Below, piece by piece: positions 1 through 8,307 of a DNA stretch of 64,000 bases (positions within the stretch are counted from its first letter, which is position 1; the number at the start of each line of letters is the position of its first letter). A model generated the notes under the pieces. It ran no database searches and had not been told where the DNA came from. It saw only the letters and a program-made list of their open reading frames with translations. The DNA lies in the IMG/VR virus record IMGVR_UViG_3300029286_001711; one strand, written 5' to 3'. Both the position numbers and the translations under genes were made by a program. The stretch comes from a virus. Its lineage: Duplodnaviria > Caudoviricetes.

Positions 1-773
1 TCCTTAGTTAAACCATAATCGTCACCGATTTCTTCCAATGTTAATGGACTACCGCCAAGACCGAAATATAATTCGATGATTGCTTTCTCTCTTGGAGAAA
101 GAATAGAAAGAGTTTTCTCTAACTCACCCTTAAGGATGTCTTTTGGGTTTTCAAAAGATTCGTCAGGTTTCTCGAACATTTTATCTTCTATTACATCCAT
201 TAATTCATCACCATCTTCATTAATTGAAGCGTTCAATGATGAACAAGATGGTTGGAGTAGAGGTGTTAAATCCCAAGTCTCCCCAGTTCCTTCAACCTTA
301 ACATCAATTTCACTTGGTTTTCTACCTTCAATTTGTTCAAACCTCTCAATTTCTCTTTTTAATTTAGAGATATTGTTTGTAACGTTCACAGGAAGACGTA
401 CAGTTCTCGCGTTATCATTCAAACCTTGAATGATTGATTGTTTAATCCACCAAACCGCATAAGAGATGAATCTGAATCCACGTGTTGGATCAAATTTCTC
501 TGCGGCTTTAATCAAACCTAGATTACCATCTGATATTAAATCAACTAACGGTATACCTTGACCTTGATACTCTTTCGCCACTGAAATTACAAACCTTAAG
601 TTTGCCTTTATCAATCTATCAGAAGCAGCTCTATCACCTTCTTTTACCTTTTGGGCTAAGATAACTTCCTCTTGTGGAGTCAGCATATCTATTTTTCTTA
701 CCTCTTTAAGGTACATGGAGATACTATCTTCTGACGTATCAATGAATCTTTTAATGTTTACCGATTTATTCAT
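1..773 (-). CDS. Sigma70-family (RpoD-like) RNA polymerase sigma factor, 3' end runs off the window
   Basis: Not in the ORF track. Manual translation from ATG at 773: MNKSVNIKRFIDTSEDSISMYLKEVRKIDMLTPQEE...LIKANLRFVISVAKEYQGQGIPLVDLISDGNLGLIKAAEKFDPTRGFRFISYAVWWIKQSI (regions 1.2-2.4), ending ...PLTLEEIGDDYGLTK (region 4.2 HTH) at the window edge. No region 1.1. Confidence 0.95.
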   Translation of the reverse strand, partial: MNKSVNIKRFIDTSEDSISMYLKEVRKIDMLTPQEEVILAQKVKEGDRAASDRLIKANLRFVISVAKEYQGQGIPLVDLISDGNLGLIKAAEKFDPTRGFRFISYAVWWIKQSIIQGLNDNARTVRLPVNVTNNISKLKREIERFEQIEGRKPSEIDVKVEGTGETWDLTPLLQPSCSSLNASINEDGDELMDVIEDKMFEKPDESFENPKDILKGELEKTLSILSPREKAIIELYFGLGGSPLTLEEIGDDYGLTK

Positions 774-790
774 ATTTTATAACAGTTTAT

Positions 791-1126
791 TTATTTATTT
801 CCGAAAATTCTTTGACTATTTTTTGTTGTTTTTACGTCTTTAACTTTTTTAAGTTTCACTTTACCCTCGATTTCAATCTTCTTTTTTAAGTAAAAATCCC
901 CATTCAAAGTATAAGGTAAGTTCCTAACATTTTCCCAAAGAGACTCAATATAGTCTTTTTTAGGTTTGTTATCAACGCCACTATCGTCATACCTATTAAT
1001 CTGTTCAATGATGTTAGATGCAACATTTATAACAAGTGGTGTGAGTAATTCTCTTGGTACTTCAGTCTCGTACCAATCAACTCTTTCACTATGTTTTAAA
1101 ATCTTTTCATATTTCTCATACAACAT
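791..1126 (-). CDS. Hypothetical protein
   Basis: 111 aa ORF co-oriented and closely packed with neighbours; no recognised motif. Confidence 0.7.
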   Translation of the reverse strand: MLYEKYEKILKHSERVDWYETEVPRELLTPLVINVASNIIEQINRYDDSGVDNKPKKDYIESLWENVRNLPYTLNGDFYLKKKIEIEGKVKLKKVKDVKTTKNSQRIFGNK

Positions 1127-1154
1127 TTTTAATAACCTTTTACAAAGATACGTA

Positions 1155-1643
1155 TTATTTTCTCTTTGGCATCTTTCTTTTTAAATAATTATCCTCTTTT
1201 CTCTTAATTTCTTCTTTAGTGTACCTTAATTCTTCAGGAATCAAGTAATTCCATTGTTCTAAAGGTTTCATTTCTCTCAAAATAACCATTAACTCATGAG
1301 AATGTGGTCTAATAGCCCCCATCACACCACGAACTTTACCAGTTCTCTCTTCTTTAACTTGTGGTACTGGTGTCGACCATTTACCGTTATTATCCCAAAA
1401 TTCAATAATTTTACCAACTAAAAGTGGTTCTGGTTCATTTGAACGACAAATAACCTTATCACCTATATTATATGTTAATTCATCAATTATACAGGATGTT
1501 AACGGTACGTATTTAGGTTTAGTTACCTTTTCTTTCTTAGGTGTGTTTGTCACAACCCGAACAAAAGCTTCTCTATCGGCATCTGTTACTGTTTCATCTA
1601 CCTTCTTTTTGAAGGGATTTTTAAATATATCTTTCCAGCTCAT
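1155..1643 (-). CDS. Hypothetical protein
   Basis: 162 aa ORF in operon context; no recognised motif. Confidence 0.75.
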   Translation of the reverse strand: MSWKDIFKNPFKKKVDETVTDADREAFVRVVTNTPKKEKVTKPKYVPLTSCIIDELTYNIGDKVICRSNEPEPLLVGKIIEFWDNNGKWSTPVPQVKEERTGKVRGVMGAIRPHSHELMVILREMKPLEQWNYLIPEELRYTKEEIKRKEDNYLKRKMPKRK

Positions 1644-1807
1644 TATTTCTTAAACATGTTATAAATTATGTCAATTGGCCATACACATACAATGAAGAGT
1701 GAGGCAATTACATTATTATTTAATTCTTTTGGTTGTTCCTTAATGAAACGCCACAACCATAGTATACCAATTAGAACGTATACTGTCCAATACGCAAATA
1801 TCATCAT
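1643..1807 (-). CDS. Small membrane protein (54 aa)
   Basis: Below the ORF-track cut-off. MMIFAYWTVYVLIGILWLWRFIKEQPKELNNNVIASLFIVCVWPIDIIYNMFKK* has two hydrophobic segments; its stop overlaps the next ATG. Confidence 0.7.
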   Translation of the reverse strand: MMIFAYWTVYVLIGILWLWRFIKEQPKELNNNVIASLFIVCVWPIDIIYNMFKK

Positions 1808-1811
1808 ATTA

Positions 1812-1842
1812 CAAATGTAAAATAAATTATTGTGATTATCAA
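1812..1842 (-). promoter_or_regulatory. Bacteroidota-type housekeeping promoter
   Basis: Minus strand reads TTG-N20-TACATTTG, matching the -33 TTG / -7 TAnnTTTG consensus, 4 nt before the ATG at 1807. Confidence 0.7.
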
Positions 1843-1854
1843 TAGGTTGGGAAT

Positions 1855-2361
1855 CTATCCTTTATTTAGGATTAACTTTTCGTTTTCAGTCAAACACTCT
1901 CTATCGTAGTTATTACGACTTAATTTTTCAAGGATTTCATTAACAGTATCGTACTCTTCTACTGTTTCTTTTTTAGGTTTGACCTTGGTAGTTACATTTG
2001 TGTTGTTTTCATCAACAATTTTACCTTTATCGTCACCAGCAATTGGTTCCCAATTTCTTTCTAAATTAATACTATCTAAAGTTTGTTGTATCTCAGGGAA
2101 TATACCCATATAATACTTGGGGGGTAAATTAACACCGTAAGTGTCATTATTTGTGATATCAAAAATCATTATAGCTGGTCTGTGTGCCATTCTTTCATGG
2201 ATTTCGGTTACTGTATACGGACTAAAAAAAGTACATATAAACATACCCTTACCATCAACAAAATTAACACCCGTTTCACCATCAGCGATAAAGTTAAGGT
2301 CTTTATCTATACCAGTTGCAGTTCCAAGAACTATTAAAAGAAATCTGTGATTTTTGTTCAT
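1855..2361 (-). CDS. Hypothetical protein with C-terminal DUF6576-like helical motif
   Basis: C-terminus VNEILEKLSRNNYDRECLTENEKLIL resembles the 'D.ILDKI...GY.SLT..EK..L' motif; recognised by eye only. Confidence 0.55.
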   Translation of the reverse strand: MNKNHRFLLIVLGTATGIDKDLNFIADGETGVNFVDGKGMFICTFFSPYTVTEIHERMAHRPAIMIFDITNNDTYGVNLPPKYYMGIFPEIQQTLDSINLERNWEPIAGDDKGKIVDENNTNVTTKVKPKKETVEEYDTVNEILEKLSRNNYDRECLTENEKLILNKG

Positions 2362-2372
2362 AACGTTTTTTA

Positions 2373-2418
2373 TATAAATATCTACAACAAAGATAATGAT
2401 TATCTTGTTAATGTCAAA
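2373..2418 (-). promoter_or_regulatory. Tandem promoter elements: TTTG-N19-TATCTTTG (host-type) plus GATATTTATA (phage motif)
   Basis: Minus strand: TTTG at 2418-2415, TATCTTTG at 2395-2388, GATATTTATA at 2382-2373, 11 nt before the ATG at 2361. Confidence 0.6.
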
Positions 2419-4775
2419 GAAGAAATGTCGTTGACTTTCTCAATGTTAATAACATTGTTTGACCAGTCCTTAACTAAAGGATTATGGGTAATTAAGAGTA
2501 TATTATCAAACATTTCAGAACATTTTTGAAAGAAGTTACCAACTGATTCTAGATTTTCATTAGCCACCTTACCTAAAACCTCATCAAAAACGATGATATT
2601 TGGTTTTGGTAGTGAACTTATTCTAGATAATACAACCCTTAAAGCTAAAGAACCTATTGTCTTCTCAAAACCACTACCTTCTGTTAACAAATAACTAACT
2701 ATTTGTCCATGTTCATTCTCTCTTTCCAGGGTGAAATCAACTTCTTGTTTTGAATTTATGTCAACAGTTAGTTTAAAATCCGCTGAATCTGATAACAATC
2801 TATCTAATTCAGAGTTTAAAAGTGGCATTACGTTCTTCATAATTAATTTAGTAATACCGTTCTTACCAACCATTCTTGTGTAAATTTCGAAGATTATTTT
2901 AACCTCTTCCTCTACCTTTATGGTTTTAATCAATTCTTTGTTTTTATTTATTATGTCTTCAAATCTTTCAATATCTGATTTGTTTTTTTGTATTCTACTA
3001 ATATAATTGTCTCTTTCTCTTCTTAATCTCTCTAATTTAGCTGAATAACCCAATATTTTAGAATCTAAGTCCTTATTTTTTTCAATGTTACCAATATTAT
3101 CTTCGTAACGCTTTTTAAGGTCTTTTTTATCTTTTAATTGGTGTCTTAGATTATCTATCTCCAATTCGGTCTTGTCAATCATGATAGATTTCTTATCAAA
3201 TTCGTCAACCTTTTCTTTTATTTTATCTAACTTTTCAATCTCTTTTTTAGCCTCTTCTATTTCAACATCCAAATCACTAAGTCCTTTAATTAACTCTTCT
3301 AAGGTTAATTTATTTTGGTTGATTTCATCTGAATGGTCAACATCTTTTAGAGCTTGTTTACATAAAGAACAAAATTCACCTTCTTCAAGATTTTTAATTA
3401 AGCTTTCAACACCCTCTTTTTTAATACTTTTATGACTTCTAGCAATGTTTAAATCATTTAATTGTTGTTTCCACTCTTTATGTGTTTGTGAATCATATTC
3501 AATTTCTGATAACTTATCGAACTCTTCTTTGAGTAAATCATATCTTTCTTTTACTTTTTTACCCTTTTCAACTACAGCGTCAACTTCTCTATCAATATCT
3601 TCTGGTCTTAATTTAATAATCTCATCGTCTATATGTATTTTTTGTGATATTAAAGTCTCTTTAGTGTCATTTGTATCATCAATGTCTGTTTTTAACTGAG
3701 TTAGAGAGTCATTACATGTTTTACTGTCTAAAGTTAACTCTTCAATTTTAGTTGTTAATTCACCAACCTCTTTAGACAAATTACCAGTATTATAATATTC
3801 AGACTTAAGGTTCTTTGCCCAAGCTGATTTAATCTCTTTTACTATTTCCTCTTTCTGTTCAATGATTTCTAAACCAATAAACTTAGAAAGAAGCTTACCC
3901 TTTTGAGTTGGTAAAGTGTGAATTAATTCTTCTAGGTTGTCAGATGTTGCAATAATTGTTAATAAAAAATCGTCAACATCACCAATAGATTTTCTAATAA
4001 ATTCATCAGTTTCTCTTCTTTGTTCACCTTCTAAATTTTGAAGTGTTCCGTCAGTTAATACTCTTTGATAATTTAAATCTGTTTTAACATTATAACCCTC
4101 TTCATTCTTCTTTTTAGAACGGGTTAATGTTCTTTCAATAATATAATCACCACCATCAATATTAACTTTACCTTTAACACGAACAGTATTTGAATCCCTA
4201 AACTTATTAAAAATTTGTGCAGCAACCTTAGTTCTGGTAGTTTCATTAAAGAATAGAAACAATAACAAATCAACCGATAAAACTGTCTTACCACCCATGT
4301 TAGGTGGGTTGGAGGAGATGGTTGTTATACCTTTCAAGTTATCGAAAGTTATTCTATTTCCGTCACCATAGGATAAAAAATTATCCCATTCTAATTCTTT
4401 TATATACCAATTACGGTAACGATACTCAATGTCACGTTGTTGTTTTAACTTATCATTAACCTTATCATCAAGACGAATTATTTTATCCCAATCAACTTCA
4501 ATTTTGTTACCGTCTAACCACTCTTTAAAAAGTTTACGTTGATACGTACTATCCATTACATTGTCAGCGATAGACATTTCAACCTCCCCATGGGCTGTGT
4601 CAACTTTTTTAGGTTTAAATATTACCTGAACTTTATCGACAGAATATTTCTGAGCAATGTATTGTTCAATTCTTTTAACCCTATCTTTTGTATAGTTTTC
4701 AGGTGCATCCTCCCAAACAACACGAACTGTTGCTTTGGCGGGTATTGTGACTTTTTCTTTGGTTTTAGTTGCCAT
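2400..4775 (-). CDS. sbcC: SbcC/Rad50 (T4 gp46-like) SMC ATPase with ~120 aa N-terminal extension
   Basis: IKELEWDNFLSYG N-terminal strand, variant Walker A SNPPNMGGKT, long coiled coil with CSLC zinc hook, signature EGSGFEK, Walker B IIVFDEV, H-loop LLITH. Confidence 0.92.
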   Translation of the reverse strand: MATKTKEKVTIPAKATVRVVWEDAPENYTKDRVKRIEQYIAQKYSVDKVQVIFKPKKVDTAHGEVEMSIADNVMDSTYQRKLFKEWLDGNKIEVDWDKIIRLDDKVNDKLKQQRDIEYRYRNWYIKELEWDNFLSYGDGNRITFDNLKGITTISSNPPNMGGKTVLSVDLLLFLFFNETTRTKVAAQIFNKFRDSNTVRVKGKVNIDGGDYIIERTLTRSKKKNEEGYNVKTDLNYQRVLTDGTLQNLEGEQRRETDEFIRKSIGDVDDFLLTIIATSDNLEELIHTLPTQKGKLLSKFIGLEIIEQKEEIVKEIKSAWAKNLKSEYYNTGNLSKEVGELTTKIEELTLDSKTCNDSLTQLKTDIDDTNDTKETLISQKIHIDDEIIKLRPEDIDREVDAVVEKGKKVKERYDLLKEEFDKLSEIEYDSQTHKEWKQQLNDLNIARSHKSIKKEGVESLIKNLEEGEFCSLCKQALKDVDHSDEINQNKLTLEELIKGLSDLDVEIEEAKKEIEKLDKIKEKVDEFDKKSIMIDKTELEIDNLRHQLKDKKDLKKRYEDNIGNIEKNKDLDSKILGYSAKLERLRRERDNYISRIQKNKSDIERFEDIINKNKELIKTIKVEEEVKIIFEIYTRMVGKNGITKLIMKNVMPLLNSELDRLLSDSADFKLTVDINSKQEVDFTLERENEHGQIVSYLLTEGSGFEKTIGSLALRVVLSRISSLPKPNIIVFDEVLGKVANENLESVGNFFQKCSEMFDNILLITHNPLVKDWSNNVINIEKVNDISSLTLTR

Positions 4776-5290
4776 TATTCGTTATATAAATTTTCTCTAT
4801 CGTCTTTTGGTACCCATTTTATTGAATTTGTTGGTTTATCTCCGAATGGGTTTTCAGTCGTTTTACCGTGTTTGTTTCTGTTCTTTTCAACCTCTAATAG
4901 GGCTTCCAAATTTTCAATTCTCTGATATAGCTTACCTAATTCACTATTGGAAGTTTTATCTTTTTCTATCTTTAATTCTTTTTCTAACCTAGTGATAGTT
5001 ACTAAAAGTTCTTGAACTTGTGAATCATCTGTAATAATCTTTTCAACAATCTTTTCAGCAGGTACTTCTATAATTCTTTCTACAATTTTCTCTACTGGAA
5101 CCTCTACAATCTTTTCAACAATCTTTTCAATTTCTTTTTCTATAACTTGTGGTACAATAGGGCTGGTTCCGTATTTTTCAACAGTAAATCCTTGTATTAA
5201 AGCGTTAAGCATGAATTGGTCCACGTTGGTAATGTTATTTACCCTACAATAGTCCCATATTTCATTCTGTATGTTTTTAGGTACTTCCAT
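4775..5290 (-). CDS. Hypothetical protein with EKIVE(V/I)P repeats
   Basis: EKEIEKIVEKIVEVPVEKIVERIIEVPAEKIVEKII followed by a coiled coil. Confidence 0.75.
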   Translation of the reverse strand: MEVPKNIQNEIWDYCRVNNITNVDQFMLNALIQGFTVEKYGTSPIVPQVIEKEIEKIVEKIVEVPVEKIVERIIEVPAEKIVEKIITDDSQVQELLVTITRLEKELKIEKDKTSNSELGKLYQRIENLEALLEVEKNRNKHGKTTENPFGDKPTNSIKWVPKDDRENLYNE

Positions 5291-5490
5291 TAAAAATTGT
5301 GTGGTGTTAAAAACATTTTAATACCTATATCAGTTTTCCTACTCTCAATTAATTTTTTACGTATAACCATTAATCTTCTAATATTAACATGGTTACTATC
5401 GAAAGGGTGTCTACTTGGATCTCCCAAACTTATTTTGTTGTTCAACCACTCTAATGATTGTTCATAAGTTAATACACAACCTTCTAACAT
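5290..5490 (-). CDS. Hypothetical protein
   Basis: 66 aa, overlaps neighbours at both start and stop. Confidence 0.65.
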   Translation of the reverse strand: MLEGCVLTYEQSLEWLNNKISLGDPSRHPFDSNHVNIRRLMVIRKKLIESRKTDIGIKMFLTPHNF

Positions 5491-5705
5491 AACCTTTCTG
5501 ATTCGGTTTCAATATCCTCAATTGATTTGATTTTAAATGTATAAAACCCATAATCACTTGGTAATTTTATTAATTTATGTTCTTTGGTTTCAATATCCCA
5601 TAATACATATCCATGGTTATATGGGTCCTCACCAAAATCTTGTTGAATCATTGATGAAGGCATTACAATTGGTGTTTTACGACAAATTTTAATTTTTTTA
5701 CTCAT
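5484..5705 (-). CDS. SbcD/Mre11 nuclease, C-terminal fragment (split gene part 2)
   Basis: TPIVMPSSMIQQDFGE..HGYVLWD..PSDYGFYT corresponds to the YxGS...FxE / GY motifs that normally follow metallophosphoesterase motif V in SbcD/gp47. Confidence 0.8.
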   Translation of the reverse strand: MSKKIKICRKTPIVMPSSMIQQDFGEDPYNHGYVLWDIETKEHKLIKLPSDYGFYTFKIKSIEDIETESERLC

Positions 5706-5731
5706 TTTTTATTATTTTATTTTTAATAATA

Positions 5732-6031
5732 CTATTTAAAATTTAAATATTCTTCTTCTGTTAGAATATATTTGTTAATAAAGCCAGTTATTAAGCTACA
5801 AGTTTCTTTTATATCAGCTCTTAAAATAGCCCCTTCTATCCCATTAATTTTGGTTATATTACCCCACTCATCTAAATAAGGAGCCCTTAATCCCCAAGAG
5901 TGTTCTTTCTTAAAAGCATTCCAAACCACCATTAGTTTATTCCAATCTTCATGATAGTTTAATTCTGGTGACCAATCTACTTTCATAAAGTGAGCGAGTA
6001 TTTTATTTCCTTTTTCTTGAATTTCTGTCAT
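5732..6031 (-). CDS. Hypothetical protein inside the sbcD interruption
   Basis: 99 aa ORF, NKILAHFM...LNYHEDWNKLM; ATGA overlap with the endonuclease stop. Confidence 0.7.
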   Translation of the reverse strand: MTEIQEKGNKILAHFMKVDWSPELNYHEDWNKLMVVWNAFKKEHSWGLRAPYLDEWGNITKINGIEGAILRADIKETCSLITGFINKYILTEEEYLNFK

Positions 6032-6867
6032 AAAATTAAATCTTTATATTTATCATAATTCTTCATAAAGTTAACCATGTATTTGATGTTATTGTTTTCG
6101 CAAAATATTTTACATTGTCTGTATTTTAATGAAAAAACTTCTTTATCATCAATAAAACCTTTTACTTCCTCTATGGCTTTATCACCGTTTTTATATTCTA
6201 TATAGAAATCGGGTACATATCGTTTTGTTTTACCGTTATGTTCATATTTTATAATAAAACTATGTTTTTTAGTCCAATAAATAACATTTTCGTCACCATC
6301 TAATTCAATCATTCTTTGTTTTTCCCAAGATGAATGATATTGTTCGTCTATCTTATTTTTATTATTAAAATAATACCCCCTTTCACAATTGATGTATGTA
6401 GTATGACTACCGTCAAGTATTCTATTAGTAGTTGCTATAGATATTTTTTCTTTACCTTCTTCACTCATCATAGGGTAATGTCCGTTCTTTAGTTTATACT
6501 TTTCCCTACCTAATTGATTTTTATTTTTTCTATCCTCACTAGACCAATGTTTTTTGATAGCATCACTTATCTTTTTCTTTCTTTCATCACTGTGTTTACC
6601 CCAAGAATTTTCTCTACCATAATTACCATTGTTTTCACCCAATTGTGCGTATTTTTGCCAATCTGTTTGACATTTCTTGGAACAGAACCTTTTTTCTCTT
6701 GTTGAGTTTTTTACATATGTTACTGTATTGGTACACCCAGTGTATTCACATTTTCTTATGTCTCTCTCTAATTTTTTTAGAGATTGTGCACATATTTTAC
6801 CACAAAATTTTCTTTCTTTATGGTAGGTTTTAAATTCTTTTTGACATATCTCACATGTTTTTATCAT
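6028..6867 (-). mobile_element. Free-standing putative homing endonuclease (Zn-finger + NUMOD3 + TnsA-like PD-(D/E)xK)
   Basis: N-terminal CxxC...FCxxxC zinc modules, NUMOD3-like HSDERKKKIS and MSEEGKEKIS, C-terminal SSWE...YVPDF...IEEVKG nuclease motif. Lies between the two sbcD halves. Confidence 0.8.
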
Positions 6868-6880
6868 AATATTTTTATTA

Positions 6881-6890
6881 TATAAATATC
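6881..6890 (-). promoter_or_regulatory. Phage promoter-like motif GATATTTATA
   Basis: 13 nt upstream of the endonuclease ATG; same motif precedes many genes in the window. Confidence 0.6.
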
Positions 6891-6911
6891 ACCAAACAAG
6901 ACAAAGTCAGA

Positions 6912-7574
6912 TTAATCACAAACAACCCAACCGTTATCTAAATAATGATTTAACATAGATTCATCGGTTTCTCTTTCTTGAGTTAAATAGGTACAACTAT
7001 ACTTGTGAATATCACCACACATAACCAAATCACAACCCTCAAAGATTGATATATCTTTACCATCTTCAAATTCAAACCCAACATTAGTTTTAAGACCAAT
7101 TAAAGGATCATGATACAAACCAATATAAGTTTTATCTTCACCATATTCCAATCTTGCTTGTTCAATCTCAGGCCTCTTAGATTCTTCGATATGTCCGTAA
7201 ACACACCAAACAACATTTTCATCCAAATAACATCCTGTATGTTTTAAAAACAGAATATTTGGATTATCCATCGTTGAAATGATTGGTGACAAAGCATCCA
7301 TTCTATCAAGGTTATTAACTAAGAAGTCATGATTACCTAAAGTAACAACGGTCTTAGCAATCTTAGAACACTTCGTTAGAAATGTCATAACCATATAGAT
7401 AAGTTCTGGTGTCATCTGATTTTTAGAATGTACCAAATCACCAACAACAGTTATCCTATCTGGTTTTTGTTCTTCACATTCTTTAAAGAATCTTTCAAAC
7501 TGTTCCATATATTCTTCCTGTCTCTTAAAAAGACGGATATGGATATCTGCTGTGTGTATTATTTTTTTAATCAT
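6912..7574 (-). CDS. sbcD: SbcD/Mre11 (T4 gp47-like) metallophosphoesterase, N-terminal part (split gene part 1)
   Basis: Motifs I-V: HTADIH, VGDLVH, LGNHD, LYHDP, CGDIH; ends about 30 aa after motif V. Confidence 0.9.
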   Translation of the reverse strand: MIKKIIHTADIHIRLFKRQEEYMEQFERFFKECEEQKPDRITVVGDLVHSKNQMTPELIYMVMTFLTKCSKIAKTVVTLGNHDFLVNNLDRMDALSPIISTMDNPNILFLKHTGCYLDENVVWCVYGHIEESKRPEIEQARLEYGEDKTYIGLYHDPLIGLKTNVGFEFEDGKDISIFEGCDLVMCGDIHKYSCTYLTQERETDESMLNHYLDNGWVVCD

Positions 7575-7876
7575 ATAAAGCTATATTTAGGTAATTTTTC
7601 AATAGGTTTAAAGTCTTTACGTAATAAATGACCATATTGCCTTCTCATTTCCATTCTCACAAGTTCTCTAAGTCCTTCTACGTGGTGTTCATAAGGTACA
7701 AACCCACCCCTCAAATCATCAGCCAACTCAGGTGATAGTCTTATACGTGTAAATCTCCCCGAACCAGGTTCACATACAACTTTAGACGGTGTAAAAAAAT
7801 CTGGATGATATTGAGTTACAGATAATGTAAACCCGTATTGGCCAAACTCACTTAAAAACCATTGATACGAATCCAT
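7571..7876 (-). CDS. Hypothetical protein
   Basis: 101 aa, translationally coupled to neighbours. Confidence 0.7.
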   Translation of the reverse strand: MDSYQWFLSEFGQYGFTLSVTQYHPDFFTPSKVVCEPGSGRFTRIRLSPELADDLRGGFVPYEHHVEGLRELVRMEMRRQYGHLLRKDFKPIEKLPKYSFI

Positions 7877-8307
7877 TACAATCTATGTTTCTTCAAGTAT
7901 TTTAAAGGCTTTATCTCTATTGGGGTGTTTCTAAATTTATGTGCAAAATTTTCGGAATACATTGCAAGAATTTCAGCCTCCCAATCTATATGCTCATACT
8001 GTTTTAAATCACTAATTAAATCTTGAGCCCCCTGACTGTCCATGTAATTTGTAAAATGATCTAAAAGTTCTATTGGGTTAATGTGGTAGTATTGGTATAT
8101 ATCTAAACCATTTTCATTTGTGAATGCAACTGAAATTCTTCTTAGAACTGGAAATATGTACATGTCAACGTTACTGTACTTATTAGTAGAATCATTGATA
8201 ATATGAAGGGCTGTTCTTTCACAATTTAAACCCAACATTGTTTTTTCAATATCAGTTAGTCCAACTAAGAGACCAAATTCATCCCATTTTTTAGTTAATT
8301 CATCCAT
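7876..8307 (-). CDS. Hypothetical protein
   Basis: 143 aa, translationally coupled to neighbours. Confidence 0.7.
   Translation of the reverse strand: MDELTKKWDEFGLLVGLTDIEKTMLGLNCERTALHIINDSTNKYSNVDMYIFPVLRRISVAFTNENGLDIYQYYHINPIELLDHFTNYMDSQGAQDLISDLKQYEHIDWEAEILAMYSENFAHKFRNTPIEIKPLKYLKKHRL

Noticed and set aside
5706-6911. Group I intron or split intein explaining the sbcD break
   Set aside because: Non-coding gaps are only 44 and 26 nt, too small for a ribozyme core. The N-fragment tail (CTYLTQ...) is only superficially like a short N-intein, and the C-fragment has no intein body or His-Asn/Cys-Ser-Thr junction.
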